This document shows, piece after piece, positions 49,521 through 62,428 of a DNA stretch of 64,000 nt; within the stretch, counting starts at the first letter, position 1; every line of letters begins with the position of its first letter. A program made the position numbers and the translations under genes. Under the pieces are notes generated by a model, which worked only from the letters and a program-made list of their open reading frames with translations, was not told the DNA's origin and ran no database searches. The DNA is taken from contig OZ287084.1 of assembly GCA_965645245.1 (NCBI GenBank), forward strand, positions 930,001 to 994,000, in the 5' to 3' direction. Origin of the DNA: Massalongia carnosa (lineage: Eukaryota).

Positions 49521-50783
49521 CTACTTCTTCTTTCCCTCACGCTCCTGCATCTCCCGCATCGCCGCCCTCGCGCTCCGGCTGCCGCCCAGCTTCGGCCCCT
49601 TGGGGCGCTCCTCGACCTTGAGGCCTTGGGCCTTGGCCTTGGCCATCTTGGCCGCGTGGCTGGTGCGCTGGCGGCGCGAGGAGATGGCGTCCAGGAAATC
49701 GCGCCGGAATTGCTCCGCGATGCGGTCGTCGGCGGCTTCTTGGCTGTCGAGCCCCGGGGGGAGGTCCGGCTCGTCGTAAATTTCGACTGGACGGGGGGGG
49801 AGGAAAGGTGGGGTTGTTAGCGCGGGAACTGGGGGTTATTGTCCGGGGAAGGGGATGTTGGTAGGAAGTTTGGGTAGAAAGAGAGGTAGGAGATAGAGTT
49901 GAGGGACTTACGTCGACTTTCCCGCATTACCTCTTCGACAAGTTTATCCCTCTTCATATCCTCACTGTTCCTCCGTCTCCTCCCGCGCCAGGGTTTCCCA
50001 TCGCGTCTTAGCCTTACCTTCCCACCAAGCTTTTCTTCCGCCTCGACCTCCTCCCCACCTTCCAGCCTGCGCTTTGCGGCTTCCGTCCTCGCGATGTTCC
50101 TTAGAGTAGCATCAGGGCCGAGGTCAATCTCAAGCAGCCTCCCCAGCGCAGCGGGTTGCCTGTTCAGCCCCGCATCGATGAGAGATCCGTTAACGGAGAG
50201 ATTCCCGTCACCACTGCCTCCGTGGCCATTTGGACTAAATTCATCGTGGCCTTGACGACGTTTGGCTAATTCGGAATCTATATATGCCATCCTTACTCCG
50301 TTAGTAATATGCATCTATATAATTCTTGAGTTGACGACAGCAAATCGTGAGGGCGGGCAAGGCCTACATGTGCTTATCCACATCAGCAACCTGGCCGGTT
50401 TGTGGCGCAAAGCGGTCCACCACCGTTTTGATCTCTAGCGTTGTATGATCTTCTTTTTCAGTCGTCGCATCGCTGCTCTCAAGTGAAAGTTCCAGAGCAT
50501 TGCGGACGTTAACCGCCGCGGTGAATTCGATGCCTCCCCGCCGTCGCGGCGCAGCTTTGCGTTGGCGGAGAACTTCTGCTGCAGAAACTGGTTTACTTTC
50601 AGCTTCTAGGATCTGGTTGTGTCCGTGATGGGTTATAAGTTCTTGTATAGTGAGTGGCTTTGATTCCGAGTTGTCGGGGATTTGGTCCTCATCCTCTCCG
50701 CGTTTGCGATAGAACTTCCGTCTTTTCAATGGACGAGTATTTAGATCCAAGGATCCGTCCTCTCTATATGTCTGTATCTCCAT
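49521..50783 (-). CDS. Tls1/C9orf78 (HCA59)-like splicing factor, spliced
   Basis: RFAPQTGQVADVDKHM|MAYIDSEL, LLEIDLGPDATLRNIARTE and C-terminal GPKLGGSRSARAAM across three exons. Confidence 0.8.
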
Positions 50784-51156
50784 TGCTGGCAACTGATTAC
50801 GATTCTAAGGACTATGTCTGGGGAAAAGCCGTGGGAATCGGCTTCACCAAGGCCTAGTCACGTGGCCTACGTTACATAGTACCGAGATATATTACATAAT
50901 CCAAATTAAGCGCAAAGAATGACATAGGGGCGCTGGGGGACTCGGGTTTCTACCAGAAGAATATGTAGGGGGACGAAATCCTGCGTATTTCTCACAAAAC
51001 TTTACTCGACTTTGTGCCATTTCATGTTAACCACCAACTATCGCTGTCATGCACTCATGTCGTTGTCGCTGATCCAGAAACACCCCCAGTTTCCTCTATC
51101 ATTTACATCCCACACCCCAACCATCGACTTGGTACCTTCTCAATTTGAGTATTCCA

Positions 51157-54019
51157 TTATTCCAATAACCCCGCTGCAATCGTCTCGCCGCCTGCTCTCA
51201 AAACAATCCTCCCAGGAGCCTCCAATGGTACAGCCTCCTCCAACTCCACGACAACTTTAGCTACACTGCCCGGCTGCACCAAACGTGGTTTTTTCTTAAG
51301 CACTGCTCCACTTCCTTTGTCCAGCACGGCTACCAGTGCTATGATACGCCCAGGGGTGTGTAACCGTCCCCGATGAACTTCTACATGCATCGGTATGACA
51401 TGGCCAAAGGCTAGTATTTTGGTCGTAAAAGTGGCAATGTTCTTTACAGGAGCTGTCGGCGTGCAAATTACATCGCCCGATTTGATGAACTTGGCGTCAA
51501 TATCTGCAAGGTGAAGCGTTGCATTTTGGCCTGCAACGGCCCAGTCTGCCAGCGCCGCATCGACTTCAATGGCTTTGATCAGAGCGGTTTCAGCACTAGG
51601 CATTGCAACGATCGTATCCCCTGTTTGAACGCTGCCAGAGTCGATGCGTCCGGCAATGGAAAGTGGGTGTGTGACGCCACCGCGGAAGATGTCATTCACG
51701 GTCAGGCGTAGGGGTTTCTCCAGGGCTCGGGTAAAGGGCTCAGAGGCGTCAAGAAGGGTGAGCAGCGGAGGGCCTTGATACCAAGATGTGAGGAGAGAAT
51801 TCAGGGACGGTTGCACAATGTTTTCACCTGTGAGGCCAGAGCAAGGTACGAAGGCTAGGTTTTTGGCGAGAAAACCGGCAGCAGTCAGGAAAGCCGATAT
51901 TTGGGTGGATATTTCCAAGAAGCGTTCCTGGGACCAGTTGACAGTATCCAGTTTGTTTACGGCGACAATGAGACGTACGACTCCCATACTGCGGACCAGA
52001 AGAGCGTGTTCTTTCGTTTGGCCTTTCAGGCCAGACTCGAAACTACCAGTGCTAGCATCGATGACGAGGACAGCGAAGTCCGCTTGGCTGGCGCCAGCAA
52101 TCATGTTCGGGATGAAATCTCGATGGCCTGGGGCATCAAGTATGGTGAAATTGGTCTTTGCGGTCTCAAACTTATTTGTGGCTATATCAACTGTGACGCC
52201 TCGATTTCGCTCCTCCGTACCTTGATCTAAGACCCAGGCCAGAGCGAAAGATGATTTGCCGATATTTTCAGCTTCTCTTCGATATTTATCAATAGTCCTT
52301 TGATCGACGACATTGAGGTCGTACAGGAGACGTCCCATAAGCGTGCTTTTTCCGGCATCGACGTGGCCTGTAGGAAATGAGTCAAAGCCTCAGCGATGAA
52401 CCCGGGAGAGGGCTACCGATTACAACAAAGCTTGCAGAATTCTTTGCATCTGATTTCTCAAATTCGGCAACTACATCCAGGTTCTTGCTTTTTGCTTTGA
52501 GTATATCCTCCAATGCCACTGTACTTACACCCTGTGTTACGTCGTTAATAGATTTGTCCACATTCTGTGGTCTCGATGTTCCCTTGCTTTGTTTTAAGCC
52601 TGGCCAGTTTTTAGAATTATTCGTATATGAGTGAATCTTTAAGACTAACCTTTAGTGCTCTGCGCCTTTTGGACGATGTCATCGGGGCTCGGTCCTGCAA
52701 ATGGATTGAATTCAGTATAAGACTGTGGTCCTTGCGGTAAAGGAAACATCATTGTCTTCAGTCTCTTGGTAGAAGGTTCTTGCAGTGTATTCGAAATGCC
52801 AAATATTGTCCTAGCGAACATCGACGGAGGTGCCATAAGCGGTGATTTTAGGCCAAACTTGTCTATCTTGGGGGTGGGCCATGTCCGTGGGTTCTTGACG
52901 TCTTCTTTTACCTTAGGTAACACGTCTAAGTTTTTCCGTTTTTTTGTCGTGTCGAATAGAGTTTGAGATGCTGAAACAGGTTCAAAGCTTGAGGCGGCTA
53001 GATCTGTTTCTCTAAAGCTCCTTTGGGGATCATCATTGCAGGGACTTTTGGGAGTTGTTCTCGGGCCAAGCTTATCGAGAAGCGTTGCTGCTGCAGTTGA
53101 TGTTTGATATGAGGCGTCTTGATTTTTCTCCTTTTCTTTTCTCTTACGAGCTGCAGTTAACGCAGCCAGCTTCGAAACTTTAATTGCTTGTGGAGGAGAA
53201 CCTCCCAGTAATCTGCCTGGGGGATACAATGGCTTAATTAAAATCTCTCCCCGGCGATCCTCTGGTACATTAAGCCATGGCGAATCCTGGAAAAAGCCTG
53301 TATCCGCTAGGGCACTGTAGCAAGGTCTTACTCTCGCCGATGGGTTCCACGGTATCAACAAACCTACTTGGAATCTCCTTAGCGACGAGTCCAAGAATCG
53401 TTTGTTGCTGCCACATACCAATAGAAAGCACCAAATACTCCTTTTCATGGCAATACCTCCACCGGGCGGCGGGCAAAAAAAAAGTCCGTGAAATAAAAGA
53501 AAAGTAAGACTTACTATTTGAGTTCTTCAGTCCACCGGTTTCCTTTCTACGTTTTGATATTTTCGGCTGAGAGGTCTTTTGATCTGCTAAAACTTAATAA
53601 GAAACCTCAAGGACAGCAAACGGCATCAAAGCAATACTTAATATGTAATTGATAGTCTTTGCCACGTCGTAATAATAATGCCATAAAGACTCTTGAATTT
53701 CCTCATCCGTAACGGAGATATCTGAACCTAAGATGCTCCGTACTTTAACGGTGCCGTCTTGGAGTTGCTCTAAGATTCAAATGCTTTCGAGTCAGTCCTG
53801 CTCTAAACGCTCACAGGCCCTTGAAACTTGTAGTATTTCATACCTTTGTCTTCGGCGCTAAGTTCTGTCAACGTTATTAGCTTGAGTGTCTTCCGTCAAA
53901 ACTGGGGATGTAGGCGCGCTACCATCTGCCTCCTCCGAATCATTATAATTCGCACCTCCATCAAAATCATCCAACTCGTTAGCGAAATTGAGCGTCTTAA
54001 CTAATTTGTGTCGCGACAT
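51157..54019 (-). CDS. HBS1: Hbs1 translational GTPase (HBS1/SKI7 locus), multi-exon
   Basis: MSRHKLVK start, HBS1-N domain (IQESLWHYYYDVAKTINYI), GHVDAGKSTLMG, DAPGHRDF and NKLD. Extra exon carries SKLAAL and PSPDDIV. Confidence 0.93.
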
Positions 54020-54373
54020 GAATTAGATTTTTGTACTCTGTATATGCAATGTAAGTTCTTAAAGTTAGTAGATGTTCCTGCTTGTTATATACAGAATATG
54101 GAGTGCTTCGTAGATGAAATAAGTTGAGTGTTAAGAGGAAGTTATTGAGGTATAAATGTACGGCCTAAATGAACATGATTTCAGTTTATTGCATAGTCCT
54201 GTATATGCCATAACTCTTTAACATGTGCCAACACAATGCCGCCAAATCAGGTTAAGCGTAAGTGGAACATCCGTTTTATTATGTTTTGTTACAAGCGTTA
54301 CAGAGTATACTATTAATACTTTCCTTTAAATCTGTCCGTATCCTTGTGAATAGCTAACCACATCTAGTATCAA

Positions 54374-55126
54374 ATGGCTCTTCAACCTACAAAACTCATC
54401 CTACATCGAGTCAATCCATTGTGCAGCAGCGCTAAAGTCCGTATTGCTGCTTGTCTAAAAAGCATCCCACTCACTATAAGAACTTATGAACTGAACGGTC
54501 CGGACCGACGCCAATTTAAGGCTACAATACCCGGTCTTGTCAGATTTCCTACACTGGAAGTGATATACCCCAATGGCGAATCAAGTTACATCTCGCATTC
54601 TCTCGCCATGCTAGATTTTCTCGACGAAACATACCCTGACACGATGCAACTCACTCCTCCTGTTACCGACATGATTGCCCGATTTCAGGCTAGGGAAATA
54701 GCAGCGAAGGTTTCTATTTACATGCAACCACAACGTAATTCCCGGATGAGCTTACTGGTCGGAAAACAAGGAATCAAAAGGTTTTGGCGGAGGAACGATA
54801 AGCTATATGTAGGACTCCATACTATCGATAAAATGATTACAACTTCTGCCGGAACGTTTTCTGTGGGGGATCGGATCTCAATCGCAGATGTGTGCCTGGT
54901 GCCTATGGTACAAGAAGCAAGGAGGCTTGGGATATGGCGGGGATTGCAGAACATATTTCGAACGGTGCATAAGGTATTTGACAAATGTGAGCAGCTTGAG
55001 GCATTTCAACCAAAAGTGGAAACCGAGAAACTACATCCCCCATACAAGAACTTTGATTTGACCATAGAAGGCTTCGTGTCTAAAGAAGGCAAGGTTGTCC
55101 TCCCAACAGGATGGCGGGACAACTAG
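54374..55126 (+). CDS. Glutathione S-transferase, zeta/maleylacetoacetate isomerase-like
   Basis: CSSAKVRIA, FPTL, SLAMLDFLDETYP, MQP and FSVGDRISIADVCLVP. Confidence 0.75.
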   Translation: MALQPTKLILHRVNPLCSSAKVRIAACLKSIPLTIRTYELNGPDRRQFKATIPGLVRFPTLEVIYPNGESSYISHSLAMLDFLDETYPDTMQLTPPVTDMIARFQAREIAAKVSIYMQPQRNSRMSLLVGKQGIKRFWRRNDKLYVGLHTIDKMITTSAGTFSVGDRISIADVCLVPMVQEARRLGIWRGLQNIFRTVHKVFDKCEQLEAFQPKVETEKLHPPYKNFDLTIEGFVSKEGKVVLPTGWRDN

Positions 55127-55203
55127 TCGAAAATGATAATCTGAACCTGTTACTATACAACCAAGAATCAACAGCGGCAAAACACCCAAAATTGTCCAAA
55201 ATC

Positions 55204-57523
55204 TTAAAGCTCAATTAAACTTTCTTCAACAGGTTTAGTTATAGGCTGATGCTGGGGGGCTGTAGGAAATGCGTTTTGGGTATATAAGTTCATTGACGAA
55301 GAGGGGACATTTAGTGGGGCATCAACAAGCGTTTGCTGAGCTGAAGAAATATCCTGTTGACGTTGCGGTTGAGGTTGTGGCCAATGGCCGGGCTGCTGTT
55401 GCCGAGTGTGGTGGTTCGGTTGTACGGTTGAATGTTGGAAGTTTATATGAGGCGAGACTTGTTGTGACGGTGATTGTGGTTGCTGGACCTGTCCCAGATG
55501 GGTCTGTTCAGCCAAGTGACCTACTGATATATCTTGCGCTGGCTGGTAACTCTGAAGTTGGCTGGCATGTGGATAGGGTATATCTTGGCTCCTAGCTGGG
55601 GACTGGGGATAGCTCTGGAGGTTAGCTGGAGGTGGTGAGAGTTGACCGTTTTGGTGTGTATTATGTGCGGCCGTTAGAGGTGTTGATTCATAGCGTGGCA
55701 TATTGATAAGACTCCCTCTTTCATGCAATGAGTGGGGCGAACGATTACCATACTGAACCGGTTGCAGTCGAGCGTACCGGTTATTTTGCAGTTGTGAGTT
55801 GGCGTCGTAGAAGCTTTCCACCCCACCCTGGCGATTTACAACATCGGAAGGAATTGAAGGATAGATGTCGGACGACTGGCGTATATTTGATCCATAGCCC
55901 CTCAAGGAGTGTTGGCCATAGGTATTCGAAAGTCGGTCTTCCAGCATTCGATCATAGTAGCGCACGACAGTCGCCAGCTTAGAATGTAAATCAAGTAGCG
56001 CGTCTGCATGGGTTAGTACATTTCAGCGGCTAGTTCAGTTATGGCCCATACCATGTTTGCTCATTGTCTCTCCATAAGACCTTGCAAGCTTTGGCCTAAG
56101 CGTCCCTATGCTTTCATAGAGTTCTTGAATCTGTGGTTCTCTCAAAATTGTTCCGGGCGAATGATGCTGTAAGCGATCAACTAAGGTTGAGAATAGATTG
56201 ATATTCTCGGCTTCAACGGCGGTGAGCTCGTAATCTTTTTTGGGAATGATGAATTCCGACCTCGAAGGAGCCGGATTACTGGATGCTTCATGTTTCAAAT
56301 TTGCTGCATGCTTCTTCTTTTGCTCCTCCATTTCTTTGATTGATGCAGCAATCGCAGCTGTCAGCTCGGAATCCTCTTCCTCGGTTTGAGGTTTCACTTT
56401 TACGGTCGATCCGTTGGAGATTGAAGAAGTCCGCTGAGACAGAATTTGGGCTTGTGATACATAACCTGAGCCAGAATGCCCTTTTACTTCTTCGAGACTC
56501 ATTTCCAAAGCTCTCCTGAGATCATCATCATAACCATCCTCAACTCGTGCATCGCGAGGCTGCATTGAGCTTCGATGTCTAATAATGCTTGCATTTCCCC
56601 TGGCTAGTGACCGTTCCACTTGTAAGGGATTGCTGCGAGCTTTCTCAGTTAACTTAGCATAACAGCCGTCATCTACTCTAACGGGTTGGATGATTCCTAA
56701 ATGCGGTAATGGTATTGATTTGGTAGAACATTGGCCATCAAAGACGTTTCCACAGTTCCTGCAATGATGCTTCCGATTGGTAAAACTAAAAGACGTACGG
56801 CACCGCATACAAACATCTGAGTCAATCCATTCTGGAGGCTATGCTCGGCATTAGAAGACCCCATATACGAAAAAGGTTGAAAGGTAAACTTACCGCGCTG
56901 CTATCTAGCATATTCCTCGATATCTCAACTCTTGGGGGAAAGCGATAGCTCTCACGTTGTAGTGTTCTATAAGTCTCACCCACATATGATAGGTCGCTCC
57001 GACCTTCTGTTGCGCTGGCCCAAACCTGGATCAGCTCAAGTATTTTGCTCTTCACCTCATCATTTGGTGCTGCGACGCCGTAGAATTTAAGCAAAGACAC
57101 AAGATTATCCATAAACTCTCTTGAAGCAATCTCGGCCAAGAAATGTGAACCTCCATTCTTGACACATGTATCCGTAAGCTAATTTCAAAAATTAGCAAGC
57201 GGTCTCAACAAGACTATGAGAAACTCTAGAGCGTTAATAATGTACCTTGAGTGCCGCCAACTGAATATTGGGATTTTTGTGCCCTATTCGCCGTTTCAAA
57301 GATCTCATAGCCTCCCTCGGTTGAACGCTTTTTGACCGTATGACATCGGAAATTTCGAGACTCAGTGCTATATCCTCTCTACCATATGTCAGTTTTAGTG
57401 AAATAGTACTATACAAGTGAAAGAATATTTTAACGGAAAGATCTCAGCATACAAGCTCGAGGAAGTGGCTCGTTCGATCTGTTCATCAAGGGCAGAATTT
57501 GACGCAAACCAGCCGGTCATCAT
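55204..57523 (-). CDS. VPS27: ESCRT-0 subunit Vps27
   Basis: VHS exons ([27 protein letters not shown]), FYVE ([15 protein letters not shown]), two UIMs ([18 protein letters not shown]) and a C-terminal LIEL clathrin box. Confidence 0.95.
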
Positions 57524-58260
57524 ATTTGCTGAGGGAACCCCAGCCACTTTTAGAAGCTCAAGGATTGACAACAGTACATATGATCTTCCGTTAGATATTT
57601 TTGTGGCGTTTGAAAGAGGTTGACCGCTACCTAAATTAGGTACGAGGTACTGAGTAGAGAGTACGAGCAATGCAGCGATTAGAGGCGAGTGAAAGTCACT
57701 TTTGCAGAGCCTCAAGCCCAATGACGAATTAGTGCGCATCTAAAGTTGTTAGCGCACTAGCTCCCGCTAGAAAGAAAGTGACGCCTCCAACAACGAAGGT
57801 ACTCGATGATCAGTACAAGTTACCCACCGAGGCAAATATTTCTTCCCACCGGCGAGCACGTTGAGTATCGTATAAATAGACGATATCAGATTTCTCTAAG
57901 TTTTTCATATTTATTTGTACCTAGAGAAGAACGACCACAGCTTCGTCGTGGATCAAAAACGCAGAGATCCATAGGTACTTTTTCATATTTCAAGCACCTT
58001 CTTCTCACTTCGAATAGTGACCGCCGAGCAAAAGATTCTACCTCTGTACTAGCAGCGAGGGAATGAGAATAGCTCAAACGTCCTATCGTAGGTCCCTTCA
58101 ACTCAGATTGGCTCGTTGGAGTATCGAAGAGAGATTTCAGATACTTGAAGCCATGGTTCAGTCGTGAACCTTGACTTCTGCCCCTCCCTGACCGTTGGGT
58201 ATGAGAGTTACTCACCAATCCGCTGGCTATGTCAATCCATTGCTGCAGAGCTCAGTGGTC

Positions 58261-61200
58261 ATGAACGGACACGCCGCTGCTCATACGAAGATGAACGGCT
58301 CACCTGGAAGTCATAGAACAACTAGCATCGTCGGTGGAGAGCTATCAATGCAACCCCGCTATCCACATATCAAGGACCTGCTGGCCAAATCTAACACTAT
58401 AACTAGAGAACTCGAAGCCTCCATTCCAGTAGGTGCCTATTTTCTTACATTATTGCTGTTATTATGCTATCTGGAATGCACTTCTAACGGTAAACGAGCA
58501 CCACAGGTCCGTACCCTCTTAGGCCGTGCGCAACAATCCGTAAACCAAGCGAGTACAGATGTTAGTTTCAAAAGGCCAGATCGGGGCTATGTGGAATACC
58601 TAGTGAGCTCTGAAATACTGTTGAATCTTATTCCTCACCATAAAGATTACCCTGCTTTGTACTCAGATCGGAGGAACGGAGAATGGGGTCGAATTTATAA
58701 ATCATTGATCAAGGTTAGTACTTGATGCATCTTTGTTGGTAAAATTTAGAGCCGCAAGGATGGGATGGGGATTTTTGAGATACATTATCTAAGATATTTC
58801 TGAACTCCGCTGAATATTAGATAGCAAAATAACGCTCAGCATAAGATGTTTGAGGAAATCCATGGCATGATAGTCGACGACAACAAAAGAACTGGGTTGA
58901 GGCCGATGCTACAAGATCCATTACAAAATCTGGCCCGAGAAAGCAGACCTCAGGGCCAGCAACTATCTAACTCCAATACACGCCCACTCTCATTTCCAGA
59001 GACATACACTTCTCGTCTGCCCCAGGCGGATGAATCGCACAAAAGTTCTTCACCGAGGTACTCATCTCCTGTCTTGACTCCGGATTCATGGCCGCTGCCC
59101 AATGAACATCAACTGCAAAGGGAACATGCATTTAGAAATCAACGCCCAGTCATTTCTCCCAAGCCTGCAGGACTTCACGTACGCTCAGAAATAGTCAATG
59201 AAGCGGCAAATATAGCTTCCAACAACATACTGGAGGAGCGATTCTCTCAGCTCAGAGTCCAGCGTAGAGCAGTTGCAGGTCCACAGAATGTGGAACTTAA
59301 GAGCGATCTTGTCGAAATGCCATCCCCCACTCAGTACACCCCCCCATCATCAGATAGTTCCCCTTCGCGGAATTACCGAGCCTTGCCAGAGCAACGGGCA
59401 TCCTCGCCTAATGGAAGACCGTCTGGACCACGCGATATGCCTCCTCCGCCCCAGAATCCACCTCATCCACCGAAAATACTACTCGATTCAAGGCCAGAAC
59501 TTACTTTTCCCCGCACTCCCAGTCCGGCTTATAACCCTTCAAGAAACATTGCGACGTCAAATGTATCGCCTCATATCAGCAGGAAAAGAAGTATAGTTGG
59601 AATAGATGTGAATGAAAGGTCACCCCAAACCGGTATCAGCGCATTCAAACAGGCTTCGAAGCCCAATGGAAACATGCAGCAACAATCATTAAGAACTACC
59701 AGCAGCGGAACAAGGCCTACAAGCACATTATCTACAGATATTCCCTATGCCACTACAATTACAGTAGATGATCTATACGATCGTCTTCGAGAATACAATA
59801 TTCTAATAATTGATGTTCGTAGGCGTGAAGATTATGATCAAGGACATATTTTTGCTCAAGCTATTATGTGTATTGAACCTTTAGAACTCAGGTCTGGGGT
59901 CTCAGCCGAGGAGCTGGAAGATAGGCTTGTCATTTCGCCTGCAACAGAGCTTGCTCTCTTTGAGCGAAGAAACGAGTTTGACCTCGTCGTATACTATGAC
60001 CAGAGAACAATGTCGGACGGATTTCTTGCAGGGCCGCCAACAGCCACCGAGGGCTTTGCCCTACGGGCTTTGTATGATACTCTTTATGAGTTTAACGCTT
60101 ACAAGCCATTACATCGACCCCCAGCCGTACTGATTGGAGGAATAGATGCCTGGACTGATCTGGTTGGATCTCAGGCACTACAAGTTTCAAATACAGCAGC
60201 TTTCATCAACTCAACGAGGCGTCGGGCTCCGGTTCCCAAACCCGGTCGGCCTATCGGGAGGGTACCTATGGCTAGCTCAAATTCAAGCCTAGAGGTCCGC
60301 AAGCGTAGACTCAGGGAGTATTGTCCTCTAGATGCCGAAGAGGACAAAACCTGGCGCCAGAGAGCTCGTGAAGAGGAGGTTGAGGCCTCCGAGTATCATG
60401 GTGCACAGAGTGATGATGAGACAGATTCGAATTATTCCCGCTCCGATCAGCCGATTTCTCCACTAGTTCATAGCTATGAGGAATTTCTTAGGAAATTCCC
60501 GGAGCCTTCAGGAGGAAAACAGTCAATGATGATATCTCCACGACCTCCAAGACCTCCTCCTTCATTACCAAATATCCCGTCTCGGCCTCCGCCCGCCGTC
60601 CCTCGGCCTAGCTATAGCGGAGTATCAGAAAGAGAGTCAAGCCAGCTCTCCCCAACCTCTAGGCAGCCATCCTCTGCACAGCCTCCGCTCTATACTTCGA
60701 GGGCCATTTCTCAATATTTCAAGCTTCCCCGCACAGGCCTAATTAACTTTAGCGTGACATGCTATATGAATGCTACGATACAATGCCTTCTCGCTACCAT
60801 TCCTTTATCGCAGTTCTTCCTTGACAACAGGTGGCGTGACTTTACTCAAAAGAACTGGAAAGGCTCTAATGGAATAATGCCAGAAATATTCGCCAACTTG
60901 ATACGTAGTCTTTGGCGAAATGACGTGCAGGCTGTGCGTCCTACATCCCTCCGCAATTTTTGCGCTCGCCTCAATCGCGAATGGGGCGTCGACAGACAAC
61001 AGGACGCCAAGGAATACCTTGATTTCCTGCTTGATTGCCTTCATGAAGATCTCAATTTTAAATGGCAAAATACACCCTTGCGACCGCTCAGCCACCGAGA
61101 AGAAATGGTACGCGAAGGGATGCCAGTCCGCCAGGTATCCAAAGTCGAGTGGGACCGCTACTCGCACCGTGAATCCTCGTTCATTTCTAGCCTGTTTGCG

Positions 61201-61848
61201 GGCCAGCACGCCAGCCGCCTGCGCTGCACGACATGCAAAAACACTTCGACCACCTACGAAGCATTCTATAGTATTAGCGTTGAAATCCCTCGTTCCGGCC
61301 GCGGCGACATCCACGAATGCCTGCGTAGCTACTGTCAAGAAGAAATGCTGAGCGGTGATGAGGTTTGGAAATGCTCGTATTGTAAATGCGAGAGGGAAGC
61401 CACAAAGCAGATCATCATTACACGCACCCCCCAATTCCTTGTCGTACATTTCAAACGCTTCTCCGCCTCTAAGACTGAGTCCGCTCGAAAGGTTCATACG
61501 CCGATCAATTTTCCCCTTCACGGCTTGAACATCGAACCGTACATCATTCCTTCTGCAACTGCAGCAAGCGATTATCAACACCCGTCAGCGGCGAACAGTG
61601 ATCAAATCATTGACGCCGCAATCACGCCGCCCTATATCTATGACGCATACGCTGTCATGCGCCATCTCGGCCAATCAGGAAACGGGGGCCATTACATTTC
61701 CCTTGTGCGGGACTCGGCGCGCGGTTGCTGGCGCAAATTCGACGACGAGAAGGTTACGGATTTTGACCCCAGCAAACTGCGGCCGGAGCACAGGCTACAA
61801 AACGAGCAAGCTTACCTGGTCTTTTACGGAAGGGCGGCTGCGAGATAG
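58261..61848 (+). CDS. DOA4: Ubiquitin carboxyl-terminal hydrolase Doa4/Ubp4
   Basis: Rhodanese domain (IIDVRRREDYDQGHI), USP Cys box GLINFSVTCYMNA, QQDAKEY and His box GGHY. Two 5' introns. Confidence 0.92.
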
Positions 61849-62428
61849 GTTACCTTTTTTTATTCACCCTGCTTTCAGACCTGGTTTTAACTGGCAGATC
61901 TAAAGTAAACGTTTCCACCCTTTTTAGCGGCCGCTATGACTGTAGAATTTGGTGGCTTTCTAGCAGATTCATACAATGACTCATTGTATGTATGCGTAAA
62001 TAATCTTTCTTGGCGGCATCTGATAACCTTTTATCTCCATGCATTTGCAGTTGGCGTATTGATCTGATGCATTGCAGCTGGCGTTGTATTATAAACTTTC
62101 TCTTATAGAGATTTGTGGTTTGGGAATCGGAATTGGATGGGATAGGATGCGAGAACAGGCTTCAGATGGTTTTATTTGTGAACGGGAAGACCATTGAGGG
62201 TCAAAAGAGTATATGCATCAGCCCTGTCATTGAGTAGCTAGAACCTTTCTGAAAAACGAGTTATTGGAGTGAAGGGGATGAATCATTCCCTAGTATGTCT
62301 GAAGCCTCTGAATGCGTCCTGTATATATCCCTATACTTAGGTAAGGACATAAATGAAGCAGGCTAAATTGTTTCCTCTCTTCCAAGCAAGCAAATCGAAC
62401 TCTGAAAGTAATGAGGGATGCTTTCTAT

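Noticed and set aside
48926..49540. TL/EG-repeat ORFs and telomere-like repeat
   Set aside because: Products of (GAGGGT)14; not TTAGGG and not terminal.
60805..61581. 258-aa antisense ORF
   Set aside because: Shadow of the DOA4 catalytic domain.
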